A DNA stretch of 51,469 nt, taken from the NCBI GenBank assembly GCA_039815185.1, contig JBCBZT010000055.1:1-51469 (forward strand), written 5' to 3'. The position numbers and the translations under genes were made by a program. The stretch comes from Cyanobacteria bacterium P01_A01_bin.123. Lineage in GTDB: Bacteria > Cyanobacteriota > Cyanobacteriia > Phormidesmidales > Phormidesmidaceae. Positions 21,302-30,151 of this stretch are shown here, in pieces; position 1 is the first letter of the stretch; each line of letters opens with the position of its first letter. The notes under the pieces are model-generated. The model was given only the letters and a program-made list of their open reading frames with translations, had not been told where the DNA came from and searched no databases.

Positions 21302-22399
21302 ATGAAACGGCGAGCACTGTTGGGTTGTGCTGCAACAGGATCGATGGCAACTGGTTTGAGCTCGATCCATCTTCCGCGGGCTATGGCCCAAAATGATGCT
21401 GTCGACTTACCCAACGTCGAGTGGCGTATGGCCACCAGTTGGCCGCCTGCCCTTGATACCCTCTACGGCACTGCTGAAGAAATCAGCGATCGCGTCAAGA
21501 TCCTCACCGCTGGTCGGTTCACTATCGAAGTTGCCGCTGCGGGTGAAATCGTGCCTGGGTTGCAGGTGCTAGATGCCGTCCAGGCTGGCACGGTGCAGTG
21601 TGGTCACTCGGCTGCCTACTATTACATTGGCAAAAACCAGGCGCTTGCCTTTGGCACGGCTATGCCCTTTGGCCTCACGGCCCGCCAGCAAAATGCCTGG
21701 TTTTACGAAGGCGGCGGCATTGATGTGATGAATCAGGTTTATGCCGATTTCAATACCTTAGCTTTTCCTGCGGGTAACACTGGGGTGCAGATGGGGGGCT
21801 GGTTTAAGCAGGAAGTGCCAACCCTAGATGCGCTGAAAGGGTCAAAAATGCGCACAGCGGGCCTTGCTGGAGAGGTTTTTTCTCGATTGGGGGTGAATGT
21901 ACAAGCCCTACCCGCAGGAGAAATTTTGATCGCCTTGGAACTGGGCACCATCGATGCGGCGGAATGGGTTGGCCCCTACGACGATGAAAAGCTGGGGTTA
22001 CACGAAACTGCGCCCTATTATTACGGCCCTAGTTGGTGGGAGCCGGGCCCTAGCCTGGATTTGATGATCAACCGTGAGGCTTGGGATGCCTTGCCCCAAC
22101 TCTATCGCGATGCCCTGAAAACCGCTGCCGCTGAGGCTAATGCGTCGTGTTTGGCTAAATATGATGCTCGCAACCCCGCTGCACTGACCCGACTGATCGA
22201 GGGTGGCACCCAATTGCGCACGTTTAGTGAAGAGATTCTGGTCGCCTGTGCCCGTGAATCGGCAGCTTTGCTAGAAGAATATGCGGCAGACGATGCCATG
22301 TTTAGAGCCGTTTATGAGGCATGGAAGCCTTTCCGCGATCGCGAGTATGAGTGGCACCGCCTTAGTGAGTTGAGTTTCTCTGCATTTGTCGCTCAATAA
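21302..22399 (+). CDS. TRAP transporter substrate-binding protein (DctP, TakP-like), Tat-exported
   Basis: MKRRALL twin-arginine signal; WRMATSWP, GNTGVQMGGWF, IDAAEWVGPYDD; AGGAGG SD. Confidence 0.92.
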   Translation: MKRRALLGCAATGSMATGLSSIHLPRAMAQNDAVDLPNVEWRMATSWPPALDTLYGTAEEISDRVKILTAGRFTIEVAAAGEIVPGLQVLDAVQAGTVQCGHSAAYYYIGKNQALAFGTAMPFGLTARQQNAWFYEGGGIDVMNQVYADFNTLAFPAGNTGVQMGGWFKQEVPTLDALKGSKMRTAGLAGEVFSRLGVNVQALPAGEILIALELGTIDAAEWVGPYDDEKLGLHETAPYYYGPSWWEPGPSLDLMINREAWDALPQLYRDALKTAAAEANASCLAKYDARNPAALTRLIEGGTQLRTFSEEILVACARESAALLEEYAADDAMFRAVYEAWKPFRDREYEWHRLSELSFSAFVAQ

Positions 22400-22434
22400 C
22401 CGTGGGTGCAGTACCCCCTCTAACTTGCTAACCT

Positions 22435-22908
22435 ATGGACGACCGCTATCCGTTAATCGTGTGCGCTTCGCTGGTGCAAAACCCGATGAACTTGGGGGCG
22501 TTGTGTCGAACGGTGGAGGGGTTTCGTTTGGCGTCTTTGGTGTTGCCCAGTCAAGCGGTGATTGATGATTGGGAGTTTCGCAAGTTGGCGGTTTCGGCCC
22601 AGCAATGGCAACCTTTGGCGGTTTGTGCGCCGGCGAGCTTACCTAAATGGATTCAGCACCAGCAACACCAAGGCTATACGGTTCATGCGCTTACTCTATC
22701 GCCCCAAGCCGAAGTGCTATCTAAGGTAATTTTTCCGCAAAGAACTGTAATCCTATTGGGACGGGAATTGACGGGGATTCCGATGGAAATTGAGAAGTTG
22801 TGCGATCGTCGGGTGGTGATTCCCCAATATGGCCAGGTGGATTCGCTAAATGTGGCGACTGCGGGCGCGATCGCGATGTATGAGTACATGCGACAGCAGG
22901 TTGGATAA
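22435..22908 (+). CDS. TrmH/SpoU family RNA methyltransferase
   Basis: QNPMNLGALCRT, LLGRELTGI, IPQYGQVDSLNVATA SPOUT motifs. Confidence 0.9.
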   Translation: MDDRYPLIVCASLVQNPMNLGALCRTVEGFRLASLVLPSQAVIDDWEFRKLAVSAQQWQPLAVCAPASLPKWIQHQQHQGYTVHALTLSPQAEVLSKVIFPQRTVILLGRELTGIPMEIEKLCDRRVVIPQYGQVDSLNVATAGAIAMYEYMRQQVG

Positions 22909-22936
22909 ATAGCGGATTGCTTTAGTTTCTAAACGC

Positions 22937-23281
22937 TCACGGTTGTTTGGGTAATAAAGGTTCGACATGTTGACGTAAGACAGGGATGTCAATACTGGCT
23001 GTTCGCCAAACTTCGTCTAAGTCGATGTCGTCATAGTTATGAATCAGATTGTCTCGCATCTCTGCAATGGCATTCCAGGGAATTTGAGGATGCTTGCCAC
23101 GATAGGGAAACGAGATACGTTTAACGGCTTCCCCAATGATTAGAAGTTGGAAGACAACAGCAGACTGAGTTTTGTCATCAGACAGAAATTCAACCTGATC
23201 GCAACCTTGAATATATTTCAGGACTTTGCCTGCGGCTAGAAAGATATCGAGCAGAGCAGCATCGTCACGGTTGGCAGACAT
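22937..23281 (-). CDS. hepT: HepT-like HEPN (DUF86) RNase toxin
   Basis: IIGEAVKRIS, IPW, RX4HXY motif RDNLIHNY; overlaps the MNT gene. Confidence 0.9.
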   Translation of the reverse strand: MSANRDDAALLDIFLAAGKVLKYIQGCDQVEFLSDDKTQSAVVFQLLIIGEAVKRISFPYRGKHPQIPWNAIAEMRDNLIHNYDDIDLDEVWRTASIDIPVLRQHVEPLLPKQP

Positions 23282-23588
23282 GAATAACTTTGGCAGTGGA
23301 GAGAATATTATGACGACGAATCCAGTTTTGGCTGCGCTCGATGGCTCGTTTGCTGACGAGATCGACTTTGCGATTCAGTATGGCTTCGAGTTCTTTCTGC
23401 ATTTGAGCGTGGTCGAAGAGTCCCCATTGGGCTTTTGGGGAAAAGGTGACAAGGAAGTCGACATCGCTGTTGTCGGTGAAGTCATTGCGGAGAACAGAGC
23501 CAAAAACAGCAAGTTCGGCAATTTGCCAACTTTGACAAAAGTCGGTTAGATCTGGCAGTAAAGCTTGGAAGGTGGGTATGGTCGCCAT
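23265..23588 (-). CDS. mntA: MntA-like minimal nucleotidyltransferase antitoxin
   Basis: FGSVLRNDFTDNSDVDFLV (GSX10DXD), RKVDLV. Confidence 0.9.
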   Translation of the reverse strand: MATIPTFQALLPDLTDFCQSWQIAELAVFGSVLRNDFTDNSDVDFLVTFSPKAQWGLFDHAQMQKELEAILNRKVDLVSKRAIERSQNWIRRHNILSTAKVIHVCQP

Positions 23589-23643
23589 AGTGAGTCTGAC
23601 TAAGTTGTACCCTGCTGACTTATCTTAAGTATGCAACGATGAC

Positions 23644-23750
23644 GCGATCGCCGAATGGTAATTTCCCAGTATGGCTAGGTGGATTCGATAAATGTGGCGA
23701 CTGCGGGCGCGATCGCGATGTATGAGTACATGCGACAGCAGTCCGAATAG
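23644..23750 (+). pseudogene. Displaced duplicate of the 3' end of the TrmH-family gene
   Basis: Ungapped alignment of 22802-22899 with 23644-23741 (offset 842); CAG>TAG in-frame stop; own terminal TAG. Confidence 0.93.
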
Positions 23751-23777
23751 AGCTAAGAATAAGGGCTAATATTCTGC

Positions 23778-24148
23778 TTACCAGACTCTGACCATCTGGA
23801 GTGAAAAACCAGACAATTCAGGCTTGCAATCAACAAACACTATCAGGATTAGTCAAAATTTTAGGCGATTGCCCAGGATGATAGACATGAACTGTGCAAT
23901 TCTTTCGATCAATGAGTAATCCTAAAAGCACTCCGTTTGCTATGTATTCTTCCATCTTCTCCTGTAAAGTCTTCAATGCATCACTGGCTGAGCGTAGCTC
24001 TACAACAAAATCAGGACAAATCGGCGCAAATGATGCCTGCTGTGTCGGGGAAAGCGCGTTCCATCGCGCCAGCCTGATCCAAGCAACATCTGGGGATCTC
24101 ATAGCACCATTGGGTAGCGTGAACCCAGAACTTGAATCAAATACCTCC
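23778..24148 (-). pseudogene. Uma2 (DUF820) endonuclease remnant, 5'-truncated and frameshifted
   Basis: EVFDSSSGFTLPNGAMRSPDVAW...ICPDFVVELRS...KMEEYIANG; no N-terminal third; 4-bp TGTT duplication near 23835 separates the tail DCKPELSGFSLQMVRVW*. Confidence 0.9.
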
Positions 24149-24218
24149 TCATCGTTTATGGCCGTCGCAATGCGAAAGCGTTGAATTCCAGGCAGACATC
24201 TTCCGTCAAGTCTAGCAA
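24149..24218 (-). ncRNA. ssrS: 5' fragment of 6S RNA (ssaA/ssrS), apparently truncated
   Basis: GCTAGACTTGACGGAAGATGTCTGCCTGGAATTCAACGCTTTCGCATTGCGACGGCCATAAACGATGA matches my recall of cyanobacterial 6S 5' strands; lies just downstream of purK; -10-like TACATT at 24229-24224. Confidence 0.7.
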
Positions 24219-24271
24219 AGGCTAATGTAGACCTTTGAACTTCTGCGATCGCCAATGGGATGATTTGAACC

Positions 24272-25501
24272 TCAGGCAACTTGCGGATACCAGATAGACT
24301 CAATGCGGGCGATCGCATCCTGAACGGCCTCGCTCTCCTTTTCAGCATCACCGTGCAATAGCACCGTGACATGCCCCAGCTTCCGTCCCGGTCGTGCTTC
24401 TGTTTTGCCATACCAATACACGTGACTGTTGGGCAGTTGTTCAAGCTGGCGGCGTTTGTCTAAATATTCATCCGTTGAGGTTTCATACCCCAACAAATTC
24501 ACCATCACCGCTGCTCGACAGGTCATCGTTGGCGACCCCAAAGGCTGGCCACTGACGGTGCGCAATTGCTGTTCAAACTGGGATGTTTTGCAGGCATCCA
24601 GGCTGTAGTGACCCGAGTTGTGCGTGCGGGGGGCAATTTCATTGATCAGTACCTGGCCATCCGCAGTCAGAAACAATTCGATGCCAAAGATGCCCACAAC
24701 TTTAAGACTTTCCATCAGCGATCGCGCCATGGATTCCACTGCTGTTTTTACCGCATCAGTGATTGGAGCTGGGGCAATTACTCGCCGACATATCTGATCG
24801 ATCTGCTGAGTTTCTACCACAGGATAGGTAACGACATCACCCGTCTGCGAACGTGCCACCATAATTGCCAGTTCTCGATCAAAGGGCACGAATGCTTCCA
24901 GTAAAACCGGCTGATAGCCCAGTTTTTGCCATGTGGATTCTACCTCAGCTGGGCTATGCAAAATAAACGTGCCCTGGCCGTCATAGCCATGACGACAGGT
25001 TTTGAGCACCACAGGCGTCCCGAGGTGAGAGATTGCGGTCTTGATCGTTTTGGAATCTGGCTTTTTTCCAGGCTCAAGGATTAACGACACAAACTTTGGC
25101 GTCGGTAAGCCCAGATTTTGACAATAAGCTCGCTGTTCAGCTTTATCCAAAAGCGGTTCTAGGGCACTCAGTTGAGGATAAAATCGCACATTTTGCGCGG
25201 CCAATGCTTTTAACGCAGGCAAATCGATAAATTCGTTTTCAAAGGTGATGACATCGCAGTGGCTAGCCAGTTTAGCGGTTGCTGCAGCATCAGCTACCGG
25301 AGCGAGGACAGTTTCTGACGCGATCGCGACGGCAGGATCATCCACTTTTGGGGTTTGCACCACCAGTTGCAAATTCAGTTTCTTTGCCCCTGGTGCCATC
25401 ATCCAAGCCAGTTGACCACCGCCAATGATGCCAACACGGGCGATCGCCGGAGCAGACGCATCATCTTTTGGAATATGACCAGAATTGCGTGGGGCAGACA
25501 T
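24272..25501 (-). CDS. purK: N5-carboxyaminoimidazole ribonucleotide synthase
   Basis: GIIGGGQLAWMM, DVITFENEF, GYDGQG, NEIAPRTHNSGH, YGKTEARPGRKLGHVT. Confidence 0.97.
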   Translation of the reverse strand: MSAPRNSGHIPKDDASAPAIARVGIIGGGQLAWMMAPGAKKLNLQLVVQTPKVDDPAVAIASETVLAPVADAAATAKLASHCDVITFENEFIDLPALKALAAQNVRFYPQLSALEPLLDKAEQRAYCQNLGLPTPKFVSLILEPGKKPDSKTIKTAISHLGTPVVLKTCRHGYDGQGTFILHSPAEVESTWQKLGYQPVLLEAFVPFDRELAIMVARSQTGDVVTYPVVETQQIDQICRRVIAPAPITDAVKTAVESMARSLMESLKVVGIFGIELFLTADGQVLINEIAPRTHNSGHYSLDACKTSQFEQQLRTVSGQPLGSPTMTCRAAVMVNLLGYETSTDEYLDKRRQLEQLPNSHVYWYGKTEARPGRKLGHVTVLLHGDAEKESEAVQDAIARIESIWYPQVA

Positions 25502-25523
25502 CGTTAAATATTGAGGAATTAGT

Positions 25524-25560
25524 TAGGATGTGCACGCAAAGCTTTGCGTGCACATCCTAC
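25524..25560. repeat. Perfect 36-bp palindrome, GTAG-REP-like
   Basis: TAGGATGTGCACGCAAAG|CTTTGCGTGCACATCCTA then C; begins GTAG on the minus strand. Confidence 0.9.
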
Positions 25561-25596
25561 GATATATGCCTTTATGAGATTGTGTTGACTGAAAAA

Positions 25597-26481
25597 TTAG
25601 ATGCCAAAAACAGCTTGGTGCCCTAACCGATTCGGCAAAGTCTGCTCTAGTGCTAACAACCGCTCAATCCGGGCTTGGGTTGAAGGATGGGTCGAGAACA
25701 GATTGTTCAAGCCAGCTTTGGGCATAGCGTTGACGATCAACAGCGGCGCAAAGGCCGGATTGCCTGCCAGAGGCCGACGCTGGGCACTGGCTTCTAACCG
25801 CTGCAGGGCTTGGGCCAGGGCTCTGGGGTTACCCGTGAGTTGCGCTGCCCCTGCATCGGCGGCAAATTCACGGGTACGCGAAATCCCTAACTGAATCACG
25901 GTTGCTGCTAACGGTGCAAACAACACTGTCGCTAATATGCCCAAGGGGTTGCTGCCTTCGCTGTCTCGGGAAGCCCCACCAAACCATAGGCTGTAGCTCA
26001 AAATTTGGGCCAAGAATGAAATAGCTCCAGCAATGGTGGCAGCAACCGCTTGGGTCAGCGTATCACGGTTCAAAATGTGGCTCAGTTCGTGGGCAATCAC
26101 CCCTTCGAGTTCGGCTTCACTGAGCAAATTGAGAATGCCTTGGGTCACGGCCACTGCTGCGTGCTGGGGATCTCGTCCGGTGGCAAAGGCATTAGCTGCC
26201 TGCCCGGGAATCACGTAAACCTTTGGCGTAGGGATATTAGCTCGCTGTGCGAGTTTAGCGACGACTCGATGGAGTCCTGGCGCTTGAGCAGCGCTAACAG
26301 GCTGGGCTTGATAAGCAGCGAGGGCAATGCGATCGGAGTAGTACCAAGCGCCTAAATTGGTGATAGCCGCGAAGGCAATCCCTAACAACACGCCAGCGGC
26401 ACCGCCAATGACGCTGTGGCTGATGGTGATCAACAGGGCACTCAGCAGCCCCAGCAAAGCAACTGTCTTAAATTGATTCAT
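25597..26481 (-). CDS. htpX: Zinc metalloprotease HtpX
   Basis: NAFATGRDP, HELSH (HEXXH), ISRTREFAAD, LFSTHP; AGGAGG SD. Confidence 0.95.
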   Translation of the reverse strand: MNQFKTVALLGLLSALLITISHSVIGGAAGVLLGIAFAAITNLGAWYYSDRIALAAYQAQPVSAAQAPGLHRVVAKLAQRANIPTPKVYVIPGQAANAFATGRDPQHAAVAVTQGILNLLSEAELEGVIAHELSHILNRDTLTQAVAATIAGAISFLAQILSYSLWFGGASRDSEGSNPLGILATVLFAPLAATVIQLGISRTREFAADAGAAQLTGNPRALAQALQRLEASAQRRPLAGNPAFAPLLIVNAMPKAGLNNLFSTHPSTQARIERLLALEQTLPNRLGHQAVFGI

Positions 26482-26866
26482 TCACGTCCTCCTGTAACGG
26501 TAGCGATGCGGTTGTATGAGCAGGATTGACTGCTATGAACTGGCAAGTCACCGTCTGCACGAACTGACAAGTTAGCGTCGGCGCGATCGCGACCGGGGTT
26601 AACAATTAACTTTCTTTACGAAAATGATAGCGATCGCACTTAGAAGCTTGAGTGAAGGCACCCCGCCCTGAAGAGTACGGGTTTGCGCACCCAGCACTTA
26701 GCGAGATCGCACTAAAGGAGTCACTTGCCGATTGGATAGCCTAAGACAATGTCTTAATGCCTCGACAAATAGCGGACGTAGACGAAAAGAGTGTGTTTAA
26801 GTTTATAGGACTGAGGGGTTTGTCTATCCCGCTAGTTCCTATTGCCACGGTTTTTCCCAACACGCC

Positions 26867-28867
26867 ATGAGACGATCTTTGCTGCCCATTTTGTCTATCT
26901 TGTTTGCGGTGCCTACCGCGATTGCGCCCCTCAGCCTCAGCCGCGCTGACGAACCTCAACCCCCTGCCAGTGCCCAACTCCTGCCTAGCAACACAGCTTT
27001 TACCATGTTGCTAGACACGACAGCAGCCCAGTGGGGTAGCCTCACCCAGTTTCAATTGTTCAACCTGGCGCAGGAATTCTCTGGCGAACCCCTGAGTCCT
27101 GGGAGTCTCTCTTTAATTTCTCCCGATATTGACTACGCTAACGAAATTGAGCCCTGGCTTGGGGAGACTGTCACCATCGCGCTATTGCCTTTGCCCAATG
27201 CTGGGGTTACTAACCGCACCACGATTGATACGCAATTGCTTGTGCTAGCGCCGATTGAAAACCCCGACGCCTTTAATGGGTTTGTGGATCGGCTAGTGGC
27301 AACTCGGGATCAGCCTCCCCTAGAAACAACCTATGAGGACATTCCCATTCTCTATTGGGAGGCGGTAGAAGCTCCCCTACCCGGATACGAAGAGCCCTTT
27401 GAAAACTCCCCAGAAAATTTCCCAGAGTCGCCTGATGTTCCCTTAGATGAAAGCCCGCTAGAAGAGGCACCCCCTACCCAACCTGATGCGCCGTCAGCCC
27501 CCGAAGCAATGCCCGAGGTCATGCCAGAATCATCTTCAATCAACGGCCCTGGCGAAAAGACGATTTTGGACGAGGATCCCCCCATTGACTTTGATCTGGA
27601 GATTGAACCGCCTTCAACCTATGTGGTTGAGCCCGGTCTCGCGATCGCTGTACTGCCCGGTCATCTGGTGTTGGGTTCTGATCCTAGGGCAATCCGCCAA
27701 CTCATTGATGCTCAAAATGCGGCTACCCCTGCTTTGGCTGACACCGAACAGTTTCAGCGCACCCTCAATAATCCTGACTATGACGCTTCCTTGATGGTGA
27801 TGTATGGCAACGCGGGTGAAATCAATCAGTATTCCCTAAGGCAAATTCTTCTGGAAGATTTTCCGTTTCCCTTGCCGCTGCCGCTGCCGCTACCCGATGT
27901 TGACCTGTCGCCCTCTGATGTAGAGCAGTTGTCCGCCATCGACGCCACCATCGAGAGCTTTGTCAAACTGCAACCCGAAGGTATTCGCATTCAAGGGCGG
28001 ATCCACTTGGACGATCCGCTGTTTGCCTTACTTGATCCGCCCCCTGCGGCAGATGGCAGCACCCTGTTTTCGTTGATGCCAGCACCTACCTATTTCATGG
28101 CCAACAGCCGAGATTTGGCTCAGGTCTGGCAAGCTGTGGCTCAGCTCTTAGGTAGCTTTGACGAAACCCGCAACTGGCTGGATTTTGCCCGCGCTGCCGT
28201 CACTGGGGCTACGGGGCTTGATCTCGATCGCGATATTTTTGGATGGATGGATGGCAACTATGCAGTCTTTTTGTTCCCAACGCGGCGGGGGCTAATTCCC
28301 GAATTTGTCCCCTGGGTCGAAATGGGCGTTGGGGCGATGATTCAAACGAGCGATCGCGCCCGGGCTGAGTCTACCTTTGCAGCCTTAAATGACTTTATCG
28401 CCAGCTTTGATCTACTGGTGGAAGAACAAACCATCAATGATGTCCCAGCAGTGGGGTGGGGGGTAGATGTTTTTGGTGATGGCGAACCCGACTACGATTT
28501 GTTGGGCTATAGCTGGATTACTGAAGATACTGTAGTGTTAACCTCCGGTGCCCGGACGTTGCCGCAGTTGCTCAATCCGACTTTGGATGAACCCTTGTCA
28601 GAGCACTATACGTTTCAACGGGCTACAGAAAGCCTCACCACCCCGAACCAGGGCTACTACTACGTCAACTTTGGCTCGTCCCTATCTATGATCTACCAAG
28701 CCCTCAGCCTGTGGATTCCTGATAGTGAGGATACGATCTTGTTTAAGCAGTTTTTAGGCAGTATCCACAGCTTTAGCCTGACAACTTCCCAAACCGAAGC
28801 GTATATTCAATTGGACTTTCTAACCGTGTTAGCCCCCGCCAGAACTACCGAAGAGTCATGGGACTGA
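26867..28867 (+). CDS. DUF3352-like exported protein with Pro/Glu-rich insert
   Basis: Signal peptide; DYANEIEPWLGE and DLDRDIFGWMDGNYA repeat motifs typical of DUF3352. Confidence 0.8.
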   Translation: MRRSLLPILSILFAVPTAIAPLSLSRADEPQPPASAQLLPSNTAFTMLLDTTAAQWGSLTQFQLFNLAQEFSGEPLSPGSLSLISPDIDYANEIEPWLGETVTIALLPLPNAGVTNRTTIDTQLLVLAPIENPDAFNGFVDRLVATRDQPPLETTYEDIPILYWEAVEAPLPGYEEPFENSPENFPESPDVPLDESPLEEAPPTQPDAPSAPEAMPEVMPESSSINGPGEKTILDEDPPIDFDLEIEPPSTYVVEPGLAIAVLPGHLVLGSDPRAIRQLIDAQNAATPALADTEQFQRTLNNPDYDASLMVMYGNAGEINQYSLRQILLEDFPFPLPLPLPLPDVDLSPSDVEQLSAIDATIESFVKLQPEGIRIQGRIHLDDPLFALLDPPPAADGSTLFSLMPAPTYFMANSRDLAQVWQAVAQLLGSFDETRNWLDFARAAVTGATGLDLDRDIFGWMDGNYAVFLFPTRRGLIPEFVPWVEMGVGAMIQTSDRARAESTFAALNDFIASFDLLVEEQTINDVPAVGWGVDVFGDGEPDYDLLGYSWITEDTVVLTSGARTLPQLLNPTLDEPLSEHYTFQRATESLTTPNQGYYYVNFGSSLSMIYQALSLWIPDSEDTILFKQFLGSIHSFSLTTSQTEAYIQLDFLTVLAPARTTEESWD

Positions 28868-28908
28868 GGTCGTGGCTTGCCCCACTGCCAATGACTCAAA
28901 CGATGAAC

Positions 28909-28938
28909 AAAAAAAATCGGCACGATCGCGCCGATTTT
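28909..28938. terminator. Bidirectional terminator, longer U-tract on the minus strand
   Basis: A8-TCGGC-ACGATCGC-GCCGA-TTTT. Confidence 0.75.
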
Positions 28939-29151
28939 GTATGTAAAGGGATTGAAATTTTTGATTCAAGGTTTTGATTTATAGCTGTTTTTAAGGAAGA
29001 GAGTTGTCTACTACAAGCTCCTGATAGGCTTAAGTGCTCTATAGACATCACCCATCTGAGTATCTATATTAGCGCGCCAAAACATCAAGAACCGTGAGTA
29101 AGCATATCTCAATAGCTTAATCAAGCTATGGGTCTAAACGTAGCGCTATGC

Positions 29152-29191
29152 AAAAAAATGAACTGTTACGTAAATAACAGTTCACTTTTTT
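29152..29191. terminator. Terminator downstream of the HMA chaperone gene
   Basis: A-run, TGAACTGTTA / TAACAGTTCA stem, T-run. Confidence 0.75.
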
Positions 29192-29257
29192 ACCACGCTA
29201 TGTTGGCAAAATCACTGTGTTGAATCAATTGATCCAGGCCACAGCATTGAATTAAGG

Positions 29258-29461
29258 CTAGGCCGATTCTACGGGATATCCTGCCGCCGCGATCGCCTCT
29301 GTCACAGCCATCGAAGCGGCTTGAGTCTCGATCTGTACCTGCTTAGTTTTGGGGTCAGCTTGGACAGACGCCTGCGGATCAACCTTTTGTACAGCCTGGG
29401 TAATAGTATCGGCACAGGCAGAACAGGCCATACTGGGCACAGTTAGCTGTAGATTTGCCAT
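29258..29461 (-). CDS. Heavy-metal-associated copper chaperone (CopZ/Atx1-like)
   Basis: 67 aa, MACSAC metal-binding motif, AIAAAGYPV. Confidence 0.92.
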   Translation of the reverse strand: MANLQLTVPSMACSACADTITQAVQKVDPQASVQADPKTKQVQIETQAASMAVTEAIAAAGYPVESA

Positions 29462-29866
29462 AGTTCTTCCTCTGGACTGATTTGAGTTTAGTCTAAAAAA
29501 TTATCTCAGCCGCGATCGCGACGTGTTTTCATAGGAGATTTGCTGCCTAACCTGCACGACTTGCCCAGCGGTCATCCAATTGAAGTCTGCTTGATAGGGC
29601 CAGCGCCCCGGAAACTTTATTCAAGCTTCATCTAGGACTGACCTGATTTGATGAATGCTTTATTCACAAAGACGCTTGACTTTAGATCAGCGCTATATGC
29701 TGACAATATGATGAGCAACTCGTTCAAACCTGATGAGACCGTGCAACGCCAAGTCTAGCGGGGAAGCCCACTTAGAGCCGATGCCAAATACTTTGCAGTA
29801 TGGCTGACCGCCAAAGTGCCTTTTTAAGTCAGGCGCTGTAACCTTACCAAATTGATGGTGAAGCTA

Positions 29867-30034
29867 ATGACACACTTGCTGAAAGATTTTTTGAAAAGCC
29901 TCAAAACGTATATCATTGCTGAGGTTCCGGCTGATGTTGCAGCTTGCGAATTTGACTGCCGAGAGTTGGAGTGCCAAACGAAAGATTGGGAAACTTGCCC
30001 CAGGCGACTGCAGAAGGCGAATGCTCTCAAATAG
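29867..30034 (+). CDS. Small 4-Cys hypothetical protein
   Basis: EVPADVAACEFDCRELECQTKDWETCPRRL (C-x3-C-x4-C-x7-C); alternative starts at 29852 and 29855. Confidence 0.7.
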   Translation: MTHLLKDFLKSLKTYIIAEVPADVAACEFDCRELECQTKDWETCPRRLQKANALK

Positions 30035-30151
30035 CGCTTGGGCTGATTGTGAGAGCCCTGCAAGCATAGGCCATGGTTAAGTCAGAGATGATGGTTTCTT
30101 GCGATTTGTGGCCATGTCTGTACAAACACGGTGCTTTTACTGCCATTGATA

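Noticed and set aside
23830..24444. 204-aa ORF as an intact Uma2 gene
   Set aside because: Its first half overlaps purK out of frame and crosses the putative 6S fragment. Uma2 similarity starts only at EVFDSS and the true tail is frameshifted.
29700..29850. Hammerhead ribozyme or riboswitch (CTGATGA at 29730; GGGAAG and AAGTCAGG fragments)
   Set aside because: No GAAA after a stem II, and no complete B12-box or fluoride-riboswitch consensus.
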